Below, piece by piece: positions 57,412 to 64,000 of a stretch of 64,000 nt of DNA. The translations under genes and the position numbers were made by a program. Numbering within the stretch: the first letter of the stretch is position 1; the number at the start of each line of letters is the position of its first letter. Origin of the DNA: an uncultured Anaeroplasmatales bacterium (GTDB lineage: Bacteria; Bacillota_I; Bacilli_A; Acholeplasmatales; WRBM01); NCBI GenBank assembly GCA_964478425.1, contig CAYZIB010000003.1:13663-77662 (forward strand). Direction: 5' to 3'. The notes beneath the pieces were generated by a model. That model was not told the DNA's origin. It did not search any database and was given only the letters and a program-made list of their open reading frames with translations.

Positions 57412-58521
57412 ATGGCTGAATTACGTTTAGAAAATATTAATAAAATTTATCCTAATGGTGTACAAGCTGTTTTTGATTTTAATTTAAGCATTAAGGATAA
57501 AGAATTTATCGTATTTGTTGGTCCATCAGGATGCGGTAAATCAACAACTTTAAGAATGATCGCTGGACTAGAAGAAATATCATCAGGTGAATTATATATT
57601 GATGATGTATTAATGAATGATGTTGCACCTAAAGATAGAAATATCGCAATGGTTTTCCAAAGTTATGCTTTATACCCTCATATGAGTGTATATGATAACA
57701 TGGCATTTGGTTTAAAATTAAGAAAAATCCCTAAAGATGAAATTCATCGTAAAGTTACACATGCTGCAGAAATTTTAGGTTTAACTCCTTATTTAGATAG
57801 AAAACCTAAAGCTTTATCTGGAGGTCAAAGACAACGTGTTGCATTAGGTAGAGCAATTGTTCGTGATGCAAAAGTATTCTTAATGGATGAACCTTTATCA
57901 AACTTAGATGCAAAATTAAGAGTTCAAATGCGTAGTGAATTAATTAAATTACATAATCAAATTGCAACTACTACAATTTACGTTACTCATGACCAAATTG
58001 AAGCAATGACAATGGCTAGTAGAATAGTTGTTATGAAAGATGGATATATTCAACAAGTAGGTGCACCAAAAGATATTTATGATAATCCAAATAATCTTTT
58101 TGTTGCAGGATTTATTGGAACTCCACCAATGAACTTTGTTGATGGTAGAGTTACAAGAGATGGATATTTTTATAATGATCAAATTAGAGTAAAAGTTCCT
58201 GAAGAAAAAATGACTATATTAAAATCAAATCAATTCATTGAAAAAGATGTTATTTTAGGAATTAGACCTGAAGATATTTTTGATAGTGAACAAGCAATTG
58301 AAACATATAATGATGCAGTAATTGATGTTACTGTTGATGTTGCAGAATTATTAGGTGCTAATACAAATGTTTATGCTACAATAATTGATAGATCTGTATG
58401 TGCTTCTGTTGATGCAAGAGCAGATATAAAAATTGGCGATAGATTAAAACTTGCTATTAACATGAACAAATGTCATTTCTTTAATCCAGAAACTGAAAAG
58501 AGATTGGTTGAAATATTTTAA
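57412..58521 (+). CDS. Orphan carbohydrate-type ABC ATPase (MalK/MsmX/UgpC family)
   Basis: Walker A GPSGCGKST, LSGGQRQRVALGRA, FLMDEPLSNLD, and a C-terminal TOBE-like regulatory domain. No permease gene is adjacent. Confidence 0.85.
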   Translation: MAELRLENINKIYPNGVQAVFDFNLSIKDKEFIVFVGPSGCGKSTTLRMIAGLEEISSGELYIDDVLMNDVAPKDRNIAMVFQSYALYPHMSVYDNMAFGLKLRKIPKDEIHRKVTHAAEILGLTPYLDRKPKALSGGQRQRVALGRAIVRDAKVFLMDEPLSNLDAKLRVQMRSELIKLHNQIATTTIYVTHDQIEAMTMASRIVVMKDGYIQQVGAPKDIYDNPNNLFVAGFIGTPPMNFVDGRVTRDGYFYNDQIRVKVPEEKMTILKSNQFIEKDVILGIRPEDIFDSEQAIETYNDAVIDVTVDVAELLGANTNVYATIIDRSVCASVDARADIKIGDRLKLAINMNKCHFFNPETEKRLVEIF

Positions 58522-58524
58522 TAA

Positions 58525-58550
58525 AAGGCTAAATAGCCTTTTTCTTTTTT
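58525..58550 (+). terminator. Rho-independent terminator
   Basis: Stem AAGGCT/AGCCTT followed by a T-rich run. Confidence 0.7.
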
Positions 58551-58556
58551 TAGAAA

Positions 58557-58976
58557 ATGTTGTTATATTTGTATAATTTAAATTATGATTGCTTTCAAAT
58601 TTTTGAAAACAAAACTGAAAAAATATGTAATAAGACAATTAATTGGGTGATTAATGATATTTGTAAACAAAATTTATTTGAGTATGCTGGCTATATAAAA
58701 GCATGTAAAAGTATTTTAAATTTAGGATATAATATTCCAGTTTATTTAAATAATAATTTAATTTTATTTTGTTTAGGAAACAAGAAAAAATTTGATAATA
58801 TGTGGATTAATTATAAAGCAATAAAAGGTCTTTTTAAAGACGAGTTTAATAATACAGTAATATTATTTCAAAATAATTTAAAACTTAAAGTTGAAACTGA
58901 ATATAATAAAGTTTTAAAAATAATAAAAAAGTGTAAAATAATTGAAGATTATAAAAATTCTAAAGCGATTTCATAA
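58557..58976 (+). CDS. ComK-family protein (short; start uncertain)
   Basis: By-eye alignment to the ComK core: C-x-x-x-(F/L)-x-x-(S/Y)-x-G; K/N-(I/P)-P-(I/V); (I/L)-(L/F)-F-(P/C); W-I-(S/N); then the T-V-x-F-x-N strand. Confidence 0.45.
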   Translation: MLLYLYNLNYDCFQIFENKTEKICNKTINWVINDICKQNLFEYAGYIKACKSILNLGYNIPVYLNNNLILFCLGNKKKFDNMWINYKAIKGLFKDEFNNTVILFQNNLKLKVETEYNKVLKIIKKCKIIEDYKNSKAIS

Positions 58977-59045
58977 GTTTTATTATAGATTAAATATATA
59001 AAATATGATATAATTTTATTGCGAAAAACTAAAGGAGAAAAGAAT

Positions 59046-60242
59046 ATGGCAAAAAAAACTTTATTAGATTTAAAAAATTTAGAAGGAAAAAAAGTATTAA
59101 TTAGAGTAGATTTTAATGTTCCTATGAAAGATGGTGTAATAACTGATGATAACCGTATTGTTCAAGCATTACCAACAATTAAATATGTTTTGGAACAAAA
59201 CGCAAAAGTTATTGTATTTTCTCATTTAGGACGTGTAGAAACAGAAGAAGACAAAAAGAAAAGAACTCTTATGCCTGTTGCTAAGAGATTACAAGAATTG
59301 TTAAATCAAAATGTAAAATTTGTTCCATTTACAAGAGGTCCTGAATTAGAAGGTGCAATTGCATCTTTACAAAATGGAGAAATTTTGATGTTTGAAAACA
59401 CTCGTTTTGAAGATTTAGATGGTAAAAAAGAATCTAAAAACAATCCTGAATTAGGAAAATATTGGGCTTCACTTGGAGATGTATTTGTAAATGATGCATT
59501 TGGTACAGCTCACCGTGCTCATGCTTCTAATGTTGGTATTTCTTCAAATATTGCAGAAGCTGCTGCTGGATTTTTATTAGAAAAAGAAATTAAATTTTTA
59601 GGAGATGCAGTTGACAATCCTAAAAGACCATTTGTTGCAATTTTAGGTGGTGCAAAAGTATCAGATAAAATTGGTGTAATTGATAATTTAATTAATAAAG
59701 CCGATAAAATTATTGTTGGTGGAGGAATGATGTTTACTTTCTTAAAAGCATTAGGATATAATGTTGGATTAAGTAAATGTGAATTAGACAAAGTTGAACT
59801 TGCTAAAGAATTATTAGATAAAGCAAATGGTAAAATTGTTTTACCAGTAGATACACTTGCTGCAAAAGCATTTGATAATGATGCAAGTTATAGAGTTGCT
59901 GATTGCGATGATATCCATGATGATGAAATGGGACTTGATATTGGACCTAAATCAGTTAATTTATTTAAAGAAGTTTTACAAGGAGCAAAAACAGTTGTTT
60001 GGAATGGACCAATGGGTGTATTTGAAATGAGTAATTTTGCTAACGGAACAAAACAAGTTTGTGAAGCTATTGCTAATTTAGAAGGAGCAAACACTGTTGT
60101 TGGTGGTGGAGATAGTGCTGCTGCTGCAATTCAAATGGGATATGAAAAGAAATTTACTCATATTTCAACAGGTGGAGGAGCTTCTTTAGAATATTTAGAA
60201 GGAATCGCATTACCTGGTATTGTTGCTGTTAATGATAAATAA
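59046..60242 (+). CDS. pgk: Phosphoglycerate kinase
   Basis: RVDFNVP, FENTRF, and GGGDSAAA. The start is set at the ATG behind AAAGGAG. Confidence 0.95.
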   Translation: MAKKTLLDLKNLEGKKVLIRVDFNVPMKDGVITDDNRIVQALPTIKYVLEQNAKVIVFSHLGRVETEEDKKKRTLMPVAKRLQELLNQNVKFVPFTRGPELEGAIASLQNGEILMFENTRFEDLDGKKESKNNPELGKYWASLGDVFVNDAFGTAHRAHASNVGISSNIAEAAAGFLLEKEIKFLGDAVDNPKRPFVAILGGAKVSDKIGVIDNLINKADKIIVGGGMMFTFLKALGYNVGLSKCELDKVELAKELLDKANGKIVLPVDTLAAKAFDNDASYRVADCDDIHDDEMGLDIGPKSVNLFKEVLQGAKTVVWNGPMGVFEMSNFANGTKQVCEAIANLEGANTVVGGGDSAAAAIQMGYEKKFTHISTGGGASLEYLEGIALPGIVAVNDK

Positions 60243-60288
60243 TTTTATTTGTTACAAAATAAAAAATGTGTTTTAGGAAGGATTAAAT

Positions 60289-61050
60289 ATGAATAAATTA
60301 AGAGTTCCAGTTATAGCTGGAAATTGGAAAATGAATAAAGTAAGAGATGATGCTTTACAATTCATCTATGCTGTAAATCAAGAAATGCCTAATAATAAGG
60401 TTGTTGAAACAGTTATTTGTGCTCCAAGTATTTTACTTAGATGTTTAGTTAAAAGACAAGGAGAATTTTTAAGAATCGGTGCTCAAAACATGCATTATGA
60501 AGAAAACGGGGCATATACAGGAGAAATTTCACCTTCAATGCTTAAAACAACCGGTGTTGAATATTGTGTTATTGGTCATAGTGAAAGAAGACAAATGTTT
60601 AATGAAACAGATGAAACAGTTAATTTAAAAGTTAAATCTGCAATTAATCATGAAATTACAGCTATTGCTTGTTGTGGTGAAACTTTAGAAGAAAGAGAAA
60701 CTAATCAAGAAAAAGTAGTTTTAAAAAGACAAGTTGAAGCAATGTTTAAAGATATTCAAAGCGAAGATGCAGTTAAAGTAATTGTTGCATATGAACCTAT
60801 TTGGGCAATTGGAACAGGTAAAACTGCTACAAGTGAAGTTGCTGATGAAACATGTGGATATGTTAGAAGTGTAATTGAAGGATTATATGGGAAAGATGTA
60901 TCTGAAAAAGTAAGAATATTATATGGTGGATCAGTTAAACCAAGTAATGTTAGTGAATTATTAGCAAAAGAAAATATTGATGGTGCATTAGTTGGTGGTG
61001 CATCTCTTGATTCAGCTAGTTTTGTTAAATTAGTTAAAGCAGCAGAATAA
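60289..61050 (+). CDS. tpiA: Triosephosphate isomerase
   Basis: AGNWKMN, GHSERR, AYEPIWAIGTG, and YGGSV. Confidence 0.95.
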   Translation: MNKLRVPVIAGNWKMNKVRDDALQFIYAVNQEMPNNKVVETVICAPSILLRCLVKRQGEFLRIGAQNMHYEENGAYTGEISPSMLKTTGVEYCVIGHSERRQMFNETDETVNLKVKSAINHEITAIACCGETLEERETNQEKVVLKRQVEAMFKDIQSEDAVKVIVAYEPIWAIGTGKTATSEVADETCGYVRSVIEGLYGKDVSEKVRILYGGSVKPSNVSELLAKENIDGALVGGASLDSASFVKLVKAAE

Positions 61051-61056
61051 AAATTA

Positions 61057-61089
61057 AGTTGTTAGAGCATTTTCTAACAACTTTTTTTA
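61057..61089 (+). terminator. Rho-independent terminator of pgk-tpiA
   Basis: Stem AGTTGTTAGA/TCTAACAACT followed by T7. Confidence 0.85.
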
Positions 61090-61120
61090 TTTTATGTTAT
61101 AATAAAAAAAGGTGAAAAAA

Positions 61121-62062
61121 ATGAAAAAAATATTTGTATTAGTTATTATGTTATTACTAGTTTTTAATTTTTTTGGTTGTAAAAAAAATGATGAAACAGA
61201 AGTTAAAATGATTTATCCAAGTGGAGCTCCTGCATTATCGCTAGTAGATATATTAGATGATAATTCTTTAAATTTAAAAAGTGAAATGGTAAGTGGAGCT
61301 GATAGTTTAGCAGCTGCATTTACATCAAAAAGTCATGATATAATAATTGCCCCTTTTAATTTAGGTGTAAAGTTATATAATACGAAAAGTGATTATGGAT
61401 ATTTGTATTGTGCAACAATTACTATGGGAAATACATATTTAATTTCTAATACTGATTTAACATTTGATGTTAATAATCTTAATAATTTTAAATTATACGC
61501 ATTTGGAGAAGGAACTATTAATGAGTTTTTAATAAATTATGTGTTAAATAAAAATAATTTAAATATTGATATTAATTATTTATCTAGTACAGAAGAAACA
61601 AAAAACGCCTATTTATTAAGCAAAAAATCCAATGAAGCATATTTGGTTGCAGAACCTTATTTATCAGTTATTTTAAGAGAAAAGTCTGAAACAAAAGTAA
61701 TTGATTTACAAAATATTTATCATAGTAATTCTAATTATAATTATATTCAAGCAGGTATATTTATTAAAAAAGAATTTATTAATAATAATAAAGTTTATGT
61801 AAAAAATTTTTTAAATAAATTAGAAAAATCAATTGATAGTTATAGCAAAAATGAAACTAATGCAATAAATAAGGCAATAAATTTAAATATATTTAAAAAT
61901 GCAGAAGTGTTAAAACAAGCAATTAAAAGACTTAATTTAAAATATGAAAAAGGAATTAATAGTAAAGATAGTATTAATTATTTATGCCAAGAAATGATTG
62001 ATTTAAATTTAGGAAAGTTAATAGGAAATAAATTAGTAGATGAATCTTTTTTCTATAATTAA
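61121..62062 (+). CDS. ABC transporter substrate-binding lipoprotein (NitT/TauT-type context)
   Basis: Lipobox FFGC. It overlaps the downstream permease gene. The start is set at the ATG behind AGGTGA. Confidence 0.5.
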   Translation: MKKIFVLVIMLLLVFNFFGCKKNDETEVKMIYPSGAPALSLVDILDDNSLNLKSEMVSGADSLAAAFTSKSHDIIIAPFNLGVKLYNTKSDYGYLYCATITMGNTYLISNTDLTFDVNNLNNFKLYAFGEGTINEFLINYVLNKNNLNIDINYLSSTEETKNAYLLSKKSNEAYLVAEPYLSVILREKSETKVIDLQNIYHSNSNYNYIQAGIFIKKEFINNNKVYVKNFLNKLEKSIDSYSKNETNAINKAINLNIFKNAEVLKQAIKRLNLKYEKGINSKDSINYLCQEMIDLNLGKLIGNKLVDESFFYN

Positions 62063-62798
62063 AAAAAATAAAAAAGCATATATTTTATTATCTTTAATAT
62101 TTATTTTATTATTTTGGCAAATTTTAAGTACTAAATTTGATTTTAATCTAATTTTTCCAACTCCATATTTAGTGTTTAAATCATTAATTGATTTATTAAA
62201 AGAAAAAAATACATATTTTATTATTTATAATACTTTAATAAAAATAGTATTTTCATGTTTTTTTTCATTAATTATTGCAAGTTTTCTTGGAATTTTATCA
62301 GGATTAAATGAAAAAATAGAATTTTTTTTAAAACCAGTAGTTGAAATATTAAGATGTGTTCCTGTGGTTGCTGTAATAATTATTTTATTTATTTATTTTG
62401 GAAATTTAAAAACACCTTATATTATATCTTTTTTAATGATTTTTCCAATTTCATATGAATGTTATTTAGAAGGAATAAAAAAAGTACATAAAAAATTTAA
62501 TAGTTATTATAAATTAGATTCAAATTTTAATTTGCTTGTATTATTTAAAGTTTATTTACCATTAATTAAAAATGATATATTAACTAATTTAACTCAAATT
62601 ATAGGATTAGCGATAAAAGTAGTGGTTGCTGCTGAGCTTATTGTATTAAGTCCTAATTCTATTGGAAAAGAAATAGTTATGCTTAAAAATGATTTGCATT
62701 ATAGCAAGGTATTTGCTTGGGTTATAATTTTAATAGTGGTTAATATGTTATTAAATAAAATAAAAGATTTGGTAAGTAATAAAAAAGAAGTATTTTAA
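62040..62798 (+). CDS. ABC transporter permease (binding-protein-dependent, NitT/TauT-like)
   Basis: Six TM helices and a conserved cytoplasmic-loop region (ILRCVPVVAVIIILFIYFG). Confidence 0.7.
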   Translation: MNLFSIIKKNKKAYILLSLIFILLFWQILSTKFDFNLIFPTPYLVFKSLIDLLKEKNTYFIIYNTLIKIVFSCFFSLIIASFLGILSGLNEKIEFFLKPVVEILRCVPVVAVIIILFIYFGNLKTPYIISFLMIFPISYECYLEGIKKVHKKFNSYYKLDSNFNLLVLFKVYLPLIKNDILTNLTQIIGLAIKVVVAAELIVLSPNSIGKEIVMLKNDLHYSKVFAWVIILIVVNMLLNKIKDLVSNKKEVF

Positions 62799-62812
62799 TT
62801 ACTTCTTTTTTT
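62785..62812 (+). terminator. Rho-independent terminator
   Basis: Stem AAGAAGTA/TACTTCTT followed by a T-run. The stop codon lies in the loop. Confidence 0.7.
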
Positions 62813-62813
62813 A

Positions 62814-62843
62814 TAAAAAAAAATAATCGCAAAACGCGATTAT
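62814..62843 (-). terminator. Rho-independent terminator of rpsD
   Basis: On the minus strand, stem ATAATCGC/GCGATTAT is followed by T8+. It overlaps the rpsD stop. Confidence 0.8.
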
Positions 62844-63439
62844 CTGTTGTAATATTCAACTATTAATGAATCTTGAATATCAGTTAAAACTTCAGTTCTT
62901 TCAGGATATCTAACAAAAGTACCAACCATATTATTTTCATCATAACTTAAGAATTCTAATCTTGAAGTTGTAGCTTCTAATGCTTCTAACACGATTTTTA
63001 ATTTTTTTGATGCATCTTTTAATGAAACAGTATCATTTGCAGTTAATCTGTAACTAGGAATATTAACTTTTTTACCATTTACTAAAACATGTCCATGGTT
63101 AACTAATTGTCTAGCTTGAGCACGAGTTTTAGCAAATCCTAAACGATAAACTACATTATCTAAACGAGATTCTAATAACTTGATGAAGTTATCACCAGTT
63201 TTACCTTTCATTTTTTGAGCATCGTTAAATGTTTTGTTAAATTGTTTTTCGTTTACACCATAAGTAAAACGAACTTTTTGTTTTTCTTGTAATTGAATAC
63301 CATATTCTGTTAATTTACTTCTTTTTAATCCATGTTGACCAGGAGCATATGCTCTTTTTTGAAGTTCTTTACCATTTTCTAAAATAGAGTAGTTCAATCT
63401 TCTAGAAATTTTCCATTTTGGTCCTGTGTATTTTGACAT
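62840..63439 (-). CDS. rpsD: 30S ribosomal protein S4
   Basis: 199 aa with YTGPKWKISRR at the N-terminus and an S4 RNA-binding domain (RLDNVVYRLGFA..RQLVNHGH). RBS AAAGGAGGA. Confidence 0.95.
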   Translation of the reverse strand: MSKYTGPKWKISRRLNYSILENGKELQKRAYAPGQHGLKRSKLTEYGIQLQEKQKVRFTYGVNEKQFNKTFNDAQKMKGKTGDNFIKLLESRLDNVVYRLGFAKTRAQARQLVNHGHVLVNGKKVNIPSYRLTANDTVSLKDASKKLKIVLEALEATTSRLEFLSYDENNMVGTFVRYPERTEVLTDIQDSLIVEYYNR

Positions 63440-63629
63440 TTTATTTTCCTCCTTTTTATTATTAGGTAAAAGGATTCGTTTATTATCTAAATAGAGTATA
63501 ATATATTAGTTAGTTTCATCATCTAGCTAGATTACTTCTAGACCATATAGGTATATTATAATTATCTATTCATTAATAAAAGCTATTTTACCAACATAAA
63601 TATTATATCAATAATCTGATTATTGTCAA
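63440..63629 (-). promoter_or_regulatory. rpsD promoter and ~150-nt 5' leader
   Basis: Minus strand reads TTGACA (63624-63629), a 16-nt spacer, then TGaTATAAT (-10 at 63602-63607). The long leader contains the palindrome ATCTAGCTAGAT. Confidence 0.65.
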
Positions 63630-63631
63630 TA

Positions 63632-64000
63632 TTATTTAATAAAATAATCAAGTTTATTATATATAATATAATTTAATGCATGATTCTTATAAAAATTATT
63701 TGTATTTTGAATTAATAATAAGCATTCTTCTATTTGAGATGTATAATTTATGTTATTTAAAAATCCATTTTTATCGTTAATATCAATTTCTAATGTTAAA
63801 ATTTCTTTATTTAATTCTGATGAAATTGGTTTAGTATATTGATCTTTTGCTTTAATTTTTAATTCTTTTTCAGCTTTTAATGCTAAATTTAGATAATAAT
63901 TATCAATCATAAATGAATTTTGAATGCTTGAATTTGCTAATTCAAAATTAGTATTTTGTTTAATTTGCTTATTTAAAATTAAATCTAATGGTTTATAATT
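63632..64000 (-). CDS. Hypothetical protein, 3' part (frame stays open to the window edge upstream of the track's ATG at 63910)
   Basis: I translated the 90 nt upstream of the ATG and found no stop, so the gene probably begins outside the window. No recognisable motif. Confidence 0.3.
   Translation of the reverse strand, partial: NYKPLDLILNKQIKQNTNFELANSSIQNSFMIDNYYLNLALKAEKELKIKAKDQYTKPISSELNKEILTLEIDINDKNGFLNNINYTSQIEECLLLIQNTNNFYKNHALNYIIYNKLDYFIK

Noticed and set aside
1-64000. CRISPR arrays, prophage, toxin-antitoxin or dedicated defence systems.
   Set aside because: I noticed no spaced direct-repeat arrays, and no cas, integrase, terminase, capsid or recognisable defence-domain ORFs. 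Intergenic regions are short and are accounted for by promoters and terminators.

Overview
This is 64 kb of very AT-rich, gene-dense chromosome (by eye roughly 25-30% G+C, not computed). It comes from a low-GC anaerobe of the Bacillota/Mycoplasmatota radiation; the exact taxon cannot be told from this window. Standard code 11 applies, because conserved genes such as infB, sufU and the CotH-like gene end at TGA. I call 59 protein genes (54 on +, 5 on -), two tRNAs, one FMN riboswitch and many clear rho-independent terminators. In order the window holds: the ileS 3' end; tRNA-Asp and tRNA-Arg; a CotH-like lipoprotein plus a COG2509 FAD protein; FMN-riboswitch-ribU; a flavin/Rnf operon (tandem-repeat lipoprotein, apbE, rnfCDGEA, a NusG-II protein, a Gx transporter); a TetR plus ABC cassette; ecfA1-ecfA2-ecfT; an acetyltransferase; a heterodimeric ABC exporter; rex-adhE-[FeFe]-hydrogenase; efp-SDR; a MATE pump; rnj; rimP-nusA-ylxR-ylxQ-infB-rbfA; esterase-priA-fmt-PgpA-like-degenerate HD-GYP; PFOR; sufCDSUB; hydrolase-MurF-like-ddl; a PucR-like HTH protein; an orphan sugar ABC ATPase; a ComK-like gene; pgk-tpiA; an ABC binding protein plus permease; rpsD. 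I recognised no CRISPR array, IS/transposase, integrase, phage gene or defence gene. The part most worth a second look is the flavin cluster at 5.5-13.6 kb. There, riboflavin uptake sits back to back with an Rnf operon that has no rnfB. That operon is preceded by an ApbE flavin transferase and a duplicated FMN_bind-like lipoprotein with a non-canonical AGCT motif, carries a double-FMN-domain RnfG, and is translationally coupled to a NusG-II/Gx-transporter pair. Smaller points include an identical 24-bp perfect palindrome flanking the TetR/ABC cassette, a terminator in the MATE leader, a start-codon-sequestering hairpin at rimP, an efp-linked SDR, a membrane-anchored MurF-like ligase and a degenerate HD-GYP protein.
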